Made by a program: the position numbers and the translations under genes
Shown: piece by piece, positions 21,598-34,770 of the stretch
How the letters are laid out: the number at the start of each line of letters is the position of its first letter
Numbering within the stretch: the stretch's first letter is position 1
The notes under the pieces: model-generated
The model's database searches: none
Told to the model about the DNA's origin: nothing
Seen by the model: the letters and a program-made list of their open reading frames with translations, nothing else
Assembly: GCF_016433145.1 (NCBI RefSeq)
Contig: NC_058133.1
Span: forward strand, 389,781,483 to 389,839,383
Reading direction: 5' to 3'
Origin: Gracilinanus agilis
Taxonomy: Eukaryota
DNA length: 57,901 nucleotides

Positions 21598-24169
21598 AAT
21601 GTCTAATTCAATATTGTATAAGCCTTTTTATTAAACATAATGAGAACATGGGGATTTTCCAGCTCTGTTTCAAAAACTTGGGACAATTGATCTGCTACTT
21701 ACATAGGCTAACCATTCTGCTTTTGTTGCCTTCTACCATTATCAAGTACAGTGCTAATTATATATTAGATAGACAATAAAATCAAGGACTATGCAAAATG
21801 GGAAACTGTCAATATCTCCAATAGAATACATGTTCAGGTTACTCAAAGACCTAGTCTCTAACCTACCCCCCTCCCCACTGATGCTGCCAGAGCTGCTCCA
21901 TCCAGATCTTTTATATTCTATATTATATGGATCTAACCCTCTCTAGTGAATCTGATATACAGACAGCTGAAATAGATAACACAAGGGTAACACATACAAC
22001 CACACATCCTAATTCTCTTATAACACACCCAATCGGAGCTTTGGTTCACATGTTCTTCTTAATTAAAAACCAAAATGTTTCTCTCTTGTTCACAGAATTA
22101 TAGTGCTATTATCTAGCCCTTCCTCTGTCTTATCTTTATAAGAGAGGAATAATAAAAGAAAATCCACTGACCCACATCACACCCAATATTTCCCCTTTCC
22201 TATAGTGCACCCTGAAGGACCACTAAGTCTCGTCATCATCCCCGACAAGTCTAAGGAACTCCGGGCCTTTTCATATATTCTATCATTTAATTCATATATA
22301 CATCATCTTCCAATTAGGAAGCAAACTCTGTAATAACAAGAAGTGTCTCAAATTTATATTGATATAGCATTTAGCAAAAGACTTCACATATTGAAAGGGC
22401 TTAATAGACTTTTCCTTTCCATTCTACACATGGAAACTGCATTTTGAAGAGCTTAACTTACATCTATCACATATAATTTCATTTTATATCCTTTAGTGTA
22501 AAATGAATTCACCTGATATTATCCTTTAAATAATATATGTAACTAGAATGTTAGAAAGACTAGTCCTAGTTGTTAATTAACTGCATATAAGCAGTGAGTT
22601 AAAGAGCTCCTGTTATAAACCTTCTTGTGTGAAGTATACATTTTTACCATCTCTTGATTCTGAATAAAGATAACAGAAGAAATCATAGAGTCAGTGATAA
22701 AAGTAGGAATAGTATTTGTTTTTCTAAGAATTTATATCAATAACAGGGTCCTCAGATTTTATGACTCACAGAGATGACTGTGTTTACCTTTATGTCTTCT
22801 TAAGAGTTATTGCCTGAGGTTATTAGTTATAAGATCAATAAATTGCTTGGACCTTGAACTAGAATTTATCAACTATTACCTAACATACTTTGAATATGTG
22901 GGTTTGTTAAGCGATGATTTGTATCAACTGTCAAAAGCCCACAAAACCAAATGTGAACATCTATAAGATGTCTTTCACCACCAACTGGGAATGAAGGGAC
23001 CATTGACTATTAACTCATGAATAAAGTCAGTTTTCAAATCAAAATTATAGCCCCAAAATTTCTTTATTTCTTACAATTTATCTATTGTGACTACTTATCT
23101 CTGGCTTGACAACTCTTGGAAAAGAGCAATTTACTTAACATAACTCAAATTTCAAATTTTCTTTGTAGTAGAAAGCTTCATCTGCAGAAAGACAAATGTC
23201 TCTCTCTTCCTCTCCCCATGAAGCTCACAAGAATCATTCTTTCCTGCATGTCCCCAAATTCCAATCTAATATTTGTTCAGGTGTGATTATTTACTTTCAT
23301 CATAATATCATTGACTTAATATTACACATAATCAGCCCAAGTTCTAATGATAAACTCAATTCTTCCATTGCCCTGGGAGCAATCCTGTTGAACTTGCCAA
23401 CTGTTGGCATACTTCCTACGTTTTTTAAGGTAGCATAGTAGAATGGGTAATGATTTTGTATGTAGATGATCTACTTTCAAATCTACACCTCCTAATTTTC
23501 TACCTGGAACTTAACCTCCCTGGGCCTTAGGTTCTTAAACTAACAATGATCATTTCTCACCTAAGTTTTCCTTCCAACCCCTGGGGCACCATCCTTTGAC
23601 TACTTTAACCTTATCTTAGTTGACTTAACATTATGGTATCTCCTGAGGATGTGTTCTATCCTTTGGTATGTCCACTGAATATTACAGAATTGCAACTTCA
23701 AAGTCCTCAATTCCAGGATTTAAAATGCTTGCAAAATAGAGAAATGGACGAAACCATAGGGCATGGGTTCAAATTTAGCCTTTAGTACATAACTTGTACT
23801 TCTGAAGTATCAAATTTGAGCTCCTTCCTTGCTCCTGTTTCTTTGTTTCTTTGTTTCTGTATTTACGACTCTTTTTGACTTTTTCTACTTTGCCTCACAC
23901 TTAAAAATGTTAATTCATGAAGGATGTCATGAGAAATGGAAATGGTATTCTGTGGTTGTAGTCAATATATGTACCAAGTCATGAGGGCAGATCATACTTC
24001 CTGTTCTTACTTTGATCACTTTTCACTACTGAAGCTACGTTATCCTCTCCCTGGTACTATATCATCCTTGCCATTCTGGGTTGTTTGGAGGGATTTTTTT
24101 TGTCACGCTCTCTCCTAAAGGTATATAATCTCCAGTTAAATGTATAGATTCTGATCTTCATTCTCTACT

Positions 24170-24960
24170 AATTTAATTCTATGCTACCCACAAACATGCC
24201 CTCCTACAAAAAAAAGAAAAAAAAACTCATTTTACTCTGCCATCCCCTCAAGCTATTGTTCTATATGCCATAGTAAAACTCAAATACTGTCTATATTTTC
24301 TACTTCCTCTTCTCTCTCTCTCAATTCTAGATCCTTTGCTTTCTGGCTTATGATTTCATCATTAGACTAATTCTATTTTTTTCAAAGTTACCAATTTTAT
24401 TTGCCAAATCCAAAAGTCATTTCTCAGTCCTCATCTTTCTTCACCTCTCTGCTACATTTAGTACTGTCAGCAGATACCCCCGCCTATATTTTTAAGCCTT
24501 TACCTCTATCTTAGAATCAATCCTGTGTATTGGTTCCAAGGCAGAAGAGTGGTAAGGTCTAGGCAATGGGGGCTAATTGACTTGCCAAGAGTGAGTTATA
24601 TAGGAAGTCACATTTGAACACAAGACTTCCCATCTCTAGGAATCATTTCCCTGCCTGACTCTGGGGTTTGTTTTTTAATATTGCTTTCTTACAATTTTCT
24701 CCTTGCCTTTTTTTTACCACTTCCTCTTGCTCTAACTGCAAGTGCACACCAAGCATCTCTCCTGTATCATTTTCTTTTTCTACATACTTTCTTTTGTTGG
24801 CCTCATCAGTTCCTAAGGGATCAATTATTGTCTCTATATAGATTACTTCCAGATCTATATATCCAAACCTATTCCCACATCACCAAATATCTGCCGGATA
24901 CATTAAACTGAATGGAGCATAGCATCTTAAATTCAACTTGTCCAATACAGAATTCATTGT
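24170..24960 (+). mobile_element. L2 fragment with a partial SINE1 (-) inserted near 24490-24640
   Basis: L2 ORF2-like pyrimidine-rich sequence. The insert carries the SINE1 tail CTTAGAATCAATCCTGTGTATTGGTTCCAAGGCAGAAGAG. Confidence 0.6.
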
Positions 24961-25264
24961 TTTCTTCCTCACAACCATCTTTCCTTGTGGTGCAAGTACA
25001 AAAGCCAGTCCCCAAGACAGCATGAATTATTCTCCATGCTTAACTGGTATCCCCACATGGCTAATACAGGGGCACTGAACTGAAAGAGCACTATATTCTT
25101 GCTGTAGCCTTTTCCATGCTGTGATCAAGGAAATTTCTTTTTGTGAACTAGAAGATGGTCAGCAAATGGCTTGTTTTATTCCAATTTCAAACTTGAAGTA
25201 TCTGACCAGCTTGAATCATGCCAAGAGAATAGCAGATAGGTATTGTGGTTTCCTTTCCATATAT

Positions 25265-25320
25265 GTATAGATATAGATATAGATATAGATATAGATATAG
25301 ATATAGGTATAGATATATAG
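25265..25320. repeat. (ATATAG)n microsatellite
   Basis: Read directly. Confidence 0.9.
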
Positions 25321-25934
25321 TATTACTTCTTTTGAGGCAGTGCATAGACCTTAGAAATGTTTATTTTAAAAGGATACTAACTCAACAAACTCCTTAAAAT
25401 TTTTACCAATCTATTTTTATTTCAACAATACTATTTAATTCCTATCCAGAGTGGCGCTCATCATGTATTTGACCAATTCAGTCCAATTCAATTAACTAAC
25501 AAAGGATTTTGTACCACAGAACATAACCCTGTTAAATGCTTTCATGGGTTTCAACTCTGGCCTGGGGAGCCTCAGCCATAGTGGAAGATGTGGGGAAAGG
25601 GGTAAGTTGTGGTGCACCTATAGTTCCTATACTACCAGAAGGTATACAATAAAAATGCAAAAAAATCTTTAAAAAAGACCTGAAATTTGCTGTAAAAGTA
25701 AAAATCAGAAGTGTTGCAGCTTGAGAGTTATTGTGAAATTTTCTGTATTTTCTCAGTTTCTTCAGATGAAATCTGATATTAATGTAAGAATATAAATTTA
25801 GGTTTTTATACTAACATGAGAAGCCTATAGTAATATTGTGGTCGCTGATTTAAAGATATTATAATTTAAGTCAAAAATGACTTTTAGTAGTTTTATTTAC
25901 AAGGAGGTAGAAAGTAAAAATAGAAAAAGGTAGC

Positions 25935-26290
25935 TAAAGAGACAGGTTTTAACAAGATTACTAGCCCTTCTCTGGTGAAGTGAAGCTCAGCCCCACAGGA
26001 GCTTCCCCAGGTCCCGTGGTGTCTTCAGCTAGAATTCCACCAACCCAGCCTCTTCCAAAGCCAAAATCAGGGATATCTGGAACCAATCTTTCCAGAAGCC
26101 AGAAAAGGAAGGCCAGCTACTCATCCACCCAAGACAAACTCCAAAGGAGAAGACTGAAGGCCAAGTCCCAATGTCAAGTCCTCCAACACTGAAGTCCAAA
26201 GGAGAAGATCCAGGAGCAGTCCTCCAAGAAGCTGAGAGCCAAGGTTGAAGGTCTCCTGGACAGGAAGTTCAGTGAATATATAATTTCTAT
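25935..26290. mobile_element. LTR-like fragment with internal repeat (TCCAAAGGAGAAGA..GTCCTCCAA twice)
   Basis: GC-richer island in AT-rich DNA with a diverged tandem unit. Family not identified. Confidence 0.35.
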
Positions 26291-26789
26291 TATGCTCAAA
26301 TCACTCACTAATATATCAAATGTGTTGTAACAAAGTCACATTTTCAAAATGAACGTTATATCTAAACTGACTGTATTCACAATTAATGTTAATTTTCCAG
26401 CGTCTAAATAAACTTTCCACTGTGATGGTTCTTTTTCTTTTTTAACCAACCATGCCACTCATATTCTATTGACTAAAAACCCACAAATATCTCATGTTGG
26501 GCAATTCCAGTCATCCCACTTCCTGTAGTCTCTTCACTACCCCCTCTACTAGAAATTTAGATTACATGCCTTTCTCTTACTTACTATAATAGATGAAACT
26601 TTTGTCTTATCTTGCCAGGAATCAGAGTTCCACACAACTTCCCTCCCTCTTCTTCCCTCTTACCTTCCTCCATCAGAATATGAACTCCTTCAGGACAGAC
26701 ACCATTTTGTTGGCTTATATCTATATTCCTAACTCTTTGAAAAATGACTTTTATAGACAACTTCACAGCTTTTAACACTATCATTCTAA

Positions 26790-28225
26790 TCTCCCTGATA
26801 ATCTTTTCTATCTATGCTCTCTCTTGGTTCTCCAACTACCTTACCACTCTTTCTCATTCTGTGTTGCTGGATCTCCATCTAAGTTTTGCCTGCTAACTAG
26901 GGGTGTCCTCCAAGGTTTCTTCTCCCTTTATACTATTTCATGGTTTCAATTATCAACTTCATGCTGAATATTATCAAATATACTTATCCATTCCTAACCT
27001 CTCTGATAACCTTTAGTCTCACATCTCCAATTATTCAAATTAAATATTTTTTAAATATCTTAAATTCAGTATGTCCAAAACCAAAAGCATTATCTTTTCC
27101 CAAAAATCCTCTCTTCCTCTTAATATTTCCTGTTATTTTAGAAGGTACCACTTTCCTCCCACTCAATCAAACTCAAAACTTCAGTGCCACCCTCCATTCT
27201 TCCTTCTCTCTTACCCTCTATATCCAATGTTTGCCAAAGCCTGTCAATTTTACCTTTTTAACATCTTTCCCATATGTTACTTTCTCTTCTCTACTACTGC
27301 TATCAGCCTGGTGTAGGCTGTTTTAACCTCACATCAAGCCTCTTTCAATAACTTGATGGTTGGTCTCTCTGCCACAAATCTCTCTCCATTTCATCTTTCA
27401 TTCAATTTTTAGAGATCTTCCTAAATCAAAGGTCTGACGATGTCACCTCCTCTACTCAATAAATTTTGGTAGCTTCATGTCACTTCTAGGATCAAATACA
27501 AACTTTCTGTTAGCCACTCAAAACCCTTTATAACTTTCTCTCCTCCTCTTCTTTTAGTCTTCTTATACTTTACCCCTGAAGAGTATGGTGTTTAAGGAAG
27601 ACTAGCTCTTCTGGTGTGAGGGCTTCCTGAGTCCTTTTCAGGGCTGCTCATCCACCTTTGGGGTCTACCTGGCACTCAACTCTCACCTATAATTCCAAGA
27701 AGTTGTAAAATATTCAGCAGCCACACTCTGGTAAACCATTTCAGCAGATAGGCTAATAGGTTGAGGGTGACAGAGGGGCCATAAACATGTCAGTGAGTGA
27801 ATGAGATATCTACCCAAAGCATGTGAAGACTTTCCCTGGTGAAATACATGAATGAGAACAATTTTTTCCAATGGCTACAAAGGCAATTGAAGCCAGGCAC
27901 TGTGGATCTTCGAAGATGCAAAGGTCATCTGCTGCATCCTGGGCTATTGCCAATCATTCTGACTTTTGCCTTGCTATTAGACCTGGATAACTCTGGAAGA
28001 GAGAGCGAGGCTGATGACTTTATGCAACTCTGCCTCAGTTAAAAACAATTCATGCACAAATCAAGATACCACCCTAGTGATGTCATTGGTCCTCTTCAAA
28101 AATGAAGGACAAACAACAATAATTTTAACCCTCTAATCCATCAAACTCTCATATACTCTGCAATCTAGTGACACTGGCCTTCATGCTATTCTCTGAAGAT
28201 GATCAATCTCCTCTCATCAAGAGTT
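26790..28225 (+). mobile_element. L2 fragment split by an RTE-derived element
   Basis: L2 ORF2 motifs such as GGTGTCCTCCAAGG and CAGTATGTCCAAAACC. L2 sequence resumes after 28125 (CTAGTGACACTGGCCT). Confidence 0.7.
27575..28119 (+). mobile_element. RTE-derived SINE (RTESINE/WALLSI-like), about 545 bp
   Basis: Starts CCTGAAGAGTATGGTGTTTAAGGAAGACTAGC; ends in the RTE-type tail GATGTCATTGGTCCTCTTCAAAAATGAAGGACAAACAAC. Confidence 0.6.
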
Positions 28226-28229
28226 CTTT

Positions 28230-29780
28230 GGAATTGTCATATGTCATTGTGTTCATTAGTTAAGAAGTCTTTCAAAGTTGATTATCCACATAATATTGCT
28301 ATTACCGTGTAGATTGTTATATTCACTTCATTTTGCATTAATCTCTGAAGGGTTTTCTGAAAACGTCCCCTTACTCATTTCTTACAGCACAGTAGTATTC
28401 CATTAAACTTATATACTATAACTTATTCGTCCATCTCCCAAATGATGGACATCTCCTCAGCTTCCAAGCCTTTGTCATTAAAGAAATAACTAACAATTAT
28501 TTTTGTATGTTTGATCCTTTTTTCTTTCTTTGATGTCTTTTAAATACACCCCATGACAGTGGTATTTCTGGGTCAAATGGTATGCACAGTTAAAGAGCTT
28601 TTTAGTCATAATTCCAAATTTCCTTCTAAAATGGTTATCCTAGTTCATGACTCCATTAATAGGGAATTTCCCCATATTCCTGTTAATGTTTGTCATTTTC
28701 CTTTTTTGTTATCCTACTCAATCTGATAGATGTGAGATGGTGCCTCATGATTAAATTATATTTCTCTGCTTCTTAGTGATTTCAAACATTTTTTAAAATG
28801 TGTCAATTGATAACTTTGATTTCTTCCCCAGAAAACTGTCTATTCAAATCTTTGGAACATTTATTAATTAGAAAATGTCTTTCTTATTCTTGTAGATTTT
28901 ATTTCATTCCCTATATATTTTAGAAATGAGGCTTTTGTAAGAAAAAATTTACTCAAAGATTTTCCCTTAATTTCCTGATTTTCTTCTAATTTTAGCTGCA
29001 TTGGTTTTGTTTGTGCAAAAACTTTAATTTTAACTAATTAAAATTATCAATTTTGCCTCCTGTCAATATCTCTCTCTTGTGTGGTCATAATCTCATCCTC
29101 TATCCATATATCTGACAGAAAATTTCTTTCCTAGTTGACTAATGTGCTTATGTGACACTTTATGTTTAAATCATGCACTCATTTTGAACTTATCTTGATA
29201 TACATTGGACAATTTACCTGGTTTATTTGAGACTGTTTTCCAGTTTTCCCAATAGTTTTTTATTTTTTTAAAACCCTTAACTTCTGTGGTAAGGGTGGGC
29301 AATGAGGGTCAAGTGACTTGCCCAGGATCACACAACTGGGCAATGTCTGAGGCCGGATTTGAACCTAGGACCTCCCATCTCTAAGGCTGACTCTCAATCC
29401 ATTGAGTTACCCAGATGCCCCCCAATAGTTTTATCATATAATAAATCCTGCCACAAGAGCCAGAATCTTTGGATTTATCAACTACTAGTTTACTATGTTC
29501 ATTTGCCTAGTCTGTTATACTGATCAACCTCTCTGTTTCTTAGCCTGCACCAAATTGTTTTGATAATTACAGCTTGTATATCTAATACCTTGTTTAAGAT
29601 GAAGTCCTCTTCCTTCCCATTTAAAAACATTTATTCTTTTTATATTATTTACTTTTGTTTGTCAAAATGTTTTTTAATTATTTTTCCAGCTTGAAAAAGT
29701 AGTTCCTTGGTATTTTGATATAGCACTGAATAAATAATTTAGGTGATATTGTCATTTTTGTTATGTTGTTTCAGAATCCC
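28230..29780 (-). mobile_element. 5'-truncated L1 fragment
   Basis: Antisense L1 ORF2/3' motifs shared with 13700-15605 and 42285-43640. Confidence 0.75.
29260..29420 (-). mobile_element. Young SINE1 with internal tail deletion, nested in L1, 12-bp TSD
   Basis: TSD CCCAATAGTTTT at 29248-29259 and 29421-29432. Confidence 0.85.
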
Positions 29781-30234
29781 AACCAGTGATGGAGAATAAA
29801 GGTGGTAAAGAGGGAAGGAAAGAAGGAAATGAGTATTTATTAAGCACCTACTATATATGAGACTAAGTACTTTATAAATATGATCTCATTTGATCCACAT
29901 AATAACCCTGGGAGGTTGGTGCTATTAATTACCACTAAGGATTCTAAAGCACAGATTAAGCAACTTGATTTTTATTGTTTTCATCCACATTACTCATTTG
30001 ACTTCATTAGAGTTTAGTGGATTTGGGCCCAGAAAACTGAAGTTTCTTGCTTACTATCAAAAACAGATATTACCAAGACCAGTACTAGTATACATGCCTT
30101 CTGAGTCTGCATACATGTCATTTTCACTAAAGAATACTAGCCATGATTTAGTGCACTAGTATTGAAAAGTAACTCGATGAACTCGAGATAAATATCAATA
30201 TATGATAAGCAATAGAAAACGAACTACTCCACCA

Positions 30235-30500
30235 TTAGGTAAACACAGTGGATAGAGTGCTAGGTCTTAAGTAAGGAAGATCTGATTTCAAATTCCAAGT
30301 TTAAATCTGATCTCACACACTCACTGTTTGAACCTGGGCAAGTCACATCCCCTTTGTCTGCCTCAGTATCCTCAAATGTAAGATGGGGATAACAATATCC
30401 TCTACCTATCGGGGTTATTGGGAAATCAAATAAGATAATACTCATAAGGCACTTAGCAGAGTCCCTGGTACAGAGAAGGTGCTTAATAAATTTTTGTTCC
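30235..30500 (+). mobile_element. MIR-type SINE
   Basis: CAGTGGATAGAGTGCTAGG head, CCTGGGCAAGTCAC core, AAGGTGCTTAATAAAT tail. Confidence 0.8.
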
Positions 30501-30977
30501 CTTCCTTCACTCTGATCCATGGAATAGTAGAATAGAAGAGCATGAAGGTACCTTAGAGATTATCCAATCCAACCTTTCTTGAAATGCACTGCTACATGAG
30601 CAAATGAGCAAATACGGAATAACACTAAATATACATGGGCTATTTCACAGTTTAAGAGTAACCCTAACAATCTGGACACCCATTGTATGAATGCAGGCAT
30701 TTTAAATATAGACAGGCTGCCAAGAAATTCTCACATTTCCTTAGTTTACTCCAACAGTATTCTAGGGAATCAGGAAAATTACCTAGATCTCTAAAGATTG
30801 TCTGCTCAGAGCGACCATCACCCACCCTGTGGTGGTGTTCCACATACATCTCTAATAACACTGCTCTGAATTATATTCTTCTCACCTTTGACCAGGATGC
30901 CCTCCTAATTTGAGCTCCTATTAAAGAGGGGATCATTGCTCTTTGTTTTATACATACATATATGTATTATGTAAACC

Positions 30978-31146
30978 NNNNNNNNNNNNNNNNNNNNNNN
31001 NNNNNNNNNNNNNNNNNNNNNNNNNNNNNNNNNNNNNNNNNNNNNNNNNNNNNNNNNNNNNNNNNNNNNNNNNNNNNNNNNNNNNNNNNNNNNNNNNNNN
31101 NNNNNNNNNNNNNNNNNNNNNNNNNNNNNNNNNNNNNNNNNNNNNN
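30978..31146. other. Assembly gap (169 N)
   Basis: Run of N. Confidence 1.
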
Positions 31147-31318
31147 TTTTAGAAGGTTATATTGGTTCCAAGGCAGAAGAATGATAAGGACTAGGCAATT
31201 GGTATTATGTGACTTGTCCAGAGTCACATAGCTAGGAAGTGTCTGAGGCCAGATTTGAACCCAAGCCCTCCTGTCTCTAGACCTGACTTTCTATCCACTG
31301 AGCCACCTGGCTGCCCCC
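31147..31318 (-). mobile_element. SINE1 copy, tail end runs into the gap
   Basis: ATTGGTTCCAAGGCAGAAGA..GAGGCCAGATTTGAACCC..CCACCTGGCTGCCCC. Confidence 0.8.
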
Positions 31319-31849
31319 TGATCATATATCTTTATAAATCTCAAGTTTCTAGCTGTATACAAAAGGATTATCCTGTCTTAATGTAGATGCCCAACAAGCA
31401 ACCACAAGGAGAGAATCTTTGAAAGCCATGGCCAGATAGGTTCCTGATAGAATTTAAGTTCCTATTTAATGAGCAATTTATTAATTTGTTGAATCCTTGA
31501 TGTTGGCAGACAGTCAACAAGCATTTATTAAATTCCAGGCACTGTGCTAAATGCTAGATGTTGGATAGAAACTTTCCAAATCTTTCTTTGAATCTGTGCT
31601 TATAGGTCAGTTCTAATATAATAATTAATAATATAGGTATATATTGGGGGGGTTTGTGCCAGATTTCTGATTTTGTTAATCTTGCAAGTTGTCTAGCCAT
31701 ATAGATCAGTATTTACTCTACAACCTAGAGCTTTAGAGAGTTTCTAGGGCAATAAATGAAGTGATAGTTTTGTGTCATATAGCAAGTACAAATCAAAGTC
31801 TTCTTGAGTCTGAGGCTAGCTTTCTATCCTTTAGGATTCTATTCATACA

Positions 31850-32500
31850 TGCAAACACACACAGGCACATATATATACACAAATACCTATAAATACAAAC
31901 ACCTGTGTGTGCATATATATGCACATGGTACATACTATACAATAGATGTTCATGTGCATTATTATATAAATACATGCATGTTTATATTGCATTGTGCATG
32001 GATATGTACATATGCACATACCATATATTTATATATTATGTTGTATATAAAATATTTATGGATTTGTAAGTATGTGTGATCATATAAAGTCCACAGCAAC
32101 TTGGTAACTATTATTTTGTCCTAGACAACCCATGAAATGGATAGAAGTGTGTAAAATGCATTAGATAGATGGATGGATGGATAGATGGATATAGATAGAT
32201 AGATAGATGGATAGATCAATATAGATAGACAGTCAGACACAGAGAGAGAGATATAGATAGACAGACAGATGATGATAGCATATAAATTGTATATATAGCC
32301 TATATATAGTTTCAGTCATTTCTGAATTATGTGTATGTGTATGTGTATACATGTAAATGTATACTTATACCAGCATACATACATGGACATACATGTGTGG
32401 ATCATCCTAGAAAAGTACGCGTCTATGTGTACACACGTGTGCATTACATACGTATGTGCTGTGCATATGGATATGTGTGCATAGATGTTACTGGATATAA
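31850..32500. repeat. Long RY low-complexity block with embedded (GATA/GATG/GACA)n
   Basis: Read directly; GATA-type units at about 32160-32270. Confidence 0.85.
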
Positions 32501-32566
32501 ACTGCATCTTTGTAGGAAAACTTCCTTGATAATGATTCCTGAAAAAAAAAAGTTTAGCCTCTCAAT

Positions 32567-32708
32567 TCACACCTTACACTACAGGGATTCTATCTTAAGG
32601 GTTTTCAAGAGATGAGATTTCTTTGGCAAACTTCCTAAAAGTAGAATGTGCCTTGGGCATTGGGTCTGATCTGACAACATAAGGGAGGCCACTCAAATAA
32701 AAGGTGAT
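32567..32708 (+). promoter_or_regulatory. Putative promoter module of TAAR6
   Basis: TCACACC (32567), CAGGGATTCTATCTT (32582), TTTGGCAAACTTCCT (32622), GTGCCTTGGGCATT (32648), AATAAAAGGTGAT (32696). Confidence 0.7.
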
Positions 32709-32801
32709 TCAGCAGCAGCATTATCATGTTATATCTCCCAGTTTTTGACAAAGAGAAGCTGCTAGAGATACCAAACCAGAAGATAAAGAGGAGAAGCTAT
32801 G

Positions 32802-33050
32802 GTAAGAGCAGGTATGGTATTTTCTTTGTTTCTACACATCAGAGGTTGATGTGTTTAAACTTAATAATGTACTTGGTTTTCACCTATTTACTGAAAACAC
32901 AATTATAAGTTCATCTTGTGATTATACATAATAATTTAGAGTTTACAGATGAAACAGAAAAGGGTCATAATGAATTCAGGTGAAGTAACAGTAAGAATTT
33001 GGGAACAGATTTAATTTATTTTATTTAAATTTAATCTGTCTTTTTTGCAG
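32802..33050 (+). other. Predicted 5'UTR intron (249 nt) of TAAR6
   Basis: Donor ATG|GTAAGA; strong acceptor TTAATCTGTCTTTTTTGCAG|GAGAG. Confidence 0.55.
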
Positions 33051-33113
33051 GAGAGTTGAGAATTTCATGATCATCAAGAATACAGATTCTCCCAAATCTC
33101 ATAGAGAAGAGTT

Positions 33114-34169
33114 ATGAGTAGCAGCTCTGAGTCTCAGCCTGCAGCTGTAGAATTCTGCTTTGAGAATGTAAATGGGTCCTGCATTAAAAATCCCTACTCC
33201 CAGGGACCCCGATTGATCCTCTACTTGGTGTTTGGTTCTGGGGCTGTGCTTGCAGTTTTTGGAAACCTCCTGGTAATGATTTCTATCTTTCATTTTAAGC
33301 AGCTACACTCTCCAGCCAACTTTCTCATTGCCTCCTTGGCTTGTGCTGACTTTCTGGTGGGAGCCACTGTGATGCCTTTCAGCATGGTGAGGTCGGTGGA
33401 AAGTTGCTGGTATTTTGGAGATACTTTTTGTGCATTTCATAGCTGTGGTGATACAGCATTTTGCTATGCTTCCCTCTTTCATTTGTGCTTCATCTCCATT
33501 GATAGATACATTGCTGTCACTGATCCTCTGATCTACCCAACCAAGTTCACAGTCTCCATTTCTGGGCTGTGCATCGCTCTCTCCTGGATCATCCCCATTA
33601 CTTACAGTGGTTCTGTTTTCTACACAGGTGCCAATGATGATGGGCTGGAGGAATTAATAAGTGCCCTTACCTGTGTAGGGAGCTGTCAGGTTTACGTGAA
33701 TCAAAATTGGGTGCTGGTAGACTTTTTGTTGTTCTTCATGCCCACTTTAATTATGGTCATTCTTTATGCTAAGATTTTTCTTGTAGCAAAAATCCAAGCC
33801 AGAAAGATTGAAAATACAAGCAGCAAGGGGGAATCTTCATCCTCAGAGAGTTACAAAGCCAGAGTGGCCAAAAGGGAGAGAAAAGCAGCAAAAACACTGG
33901 GCATTGCTGTGATTGCATTTCTGATTTCATGGTTACCCTATTCTATTGATGCAATGATTGATGCTTTTGTGGGCTTCATCACCCCTGCCTATATTTATGA
34001 AATCCTTTGTTGGTTTGCTTATTATAATTCAGCCATGAATCCTTTGATTTATGCTTTCTTTTACCCATGGTTTAGGAAAGCAATAAAGCTGATTGTAACT
34101 GGGAAAATCTTACAGGATAGCTCTTCAACCATGAATTTATTCTCTGAGCAAGGCAAAGGATTAGAATAA
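33114..34169 (+). CDS. TAAR6: Trace amine-associated receptor 6 (351 aa)
   Basis: Intact ORF. VNQNWVL.DF, WI.PI.YSG.VFYTG, YSID..IDAF and MNLFSE match human TAAR6 as recalled. It is the last + strand TAAR before the - strand TAAR5, as in human. TAAR8 is the nearest alternative. Confidence 0.85.
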   Translation: MSSSSESQPAAVEFCFENVNGSCIKNPYSQGPRLILYLVFGSGAVLAVFGNLLVMISIFHFKQLHSPANFLIASLACADFLVGATVMPFSMVRSVESCWYFGDTFCAFHSCGDTAFCYASLFHLCFISIDRYIAVTDPLIYPTKFTVSISGLCIALSWIIPITYSGSVFYTGANDDGLEELISALTCVGSCQVYVNQNWVLVDFLLFFMPTLIMVILYAKIFLVAKIQARKIENTSSKGESSSSESYKARVAKRERKAAKTLGIAVIAFLISWLPYSIDAMIDAFVGFITPAYIYEILCWFAYYNSAMNPLIYAFFYPWFRKAIKLIVTGKILQDSSSTMNLFSEQGKGLE

Positions 34170-34379
34170 GGAATTTTATAATATCTATTCTAATGTATTC
34201 ATGATTTCTGAATGTGTGGGCAATTGCTATATGATTACAGAAAGAAATATGTAAGAAAGAAATGAGATCTTTCAAAATTAGACAGGCCAAATAATAAGGC
34301 TTGTCAGAGTCTTTGAATGTATGGATTTTCTGGTCACTGCTGCAAAAGCTTTTGCTTACCTAAATTATGCAAAATTAAC

Positions 34380-34770
34380 TAAGGGCCTTATATTCTCCAT
34401 AATAACTTATCTTGGAGATTCTATTTTCTTCCTCTATCCTGCTGACCTTTTGTTTTACACAATCTGTCCATCCTTCAAGGCAGCTCAAATACCTTAGCTA
34501 CATACTTTAAGAAATTTCCTCCATTTTTCTAGTTGCTAGTGTCAGCCCATCCTCATATTTTTTTATTATACATATATATGTATATAAGTCCTGTATTTAT
34601 TTATCTTTGGACATTGTATATTCTAATACTACCACTACCACTTAACCCTTCCCTAGAATAGAACACTTAAGGACAGGGATTTTCTTGATTTTTTTTTTAC
34701 TTGTATCCCCAGTACCTAGCATACCCGGAGCATAGCTGGTACTCATTTGAATATTTATTGATTGACTGAT
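34380..34770 (+). mobile_element. L2 3' end
   Basis: AAGGACAGGGA..TTGTATCCCCAGTACCTAGCATA..TTTATTGATTGACTGA tail. Confidence 0.7.

Noticed and set aside
22307-22325. CCAATTAGGAAGCA as a second copy of the 40819 homeodomain palindrome
   Set aside because: Its context fits a decayed L2 3' tail, so the match is probably coincidental.
26130-26245. Spaced direct repeats as a CRISPR-like array
   Set aside because: Only two diverged units, eukaryotic context, and no cas genes.
31793-32615. Tyr/His/Cys-rich ORFs in the RY block
   Set aside because: Translation products of the low-complexity TA/CA/TG sequence.
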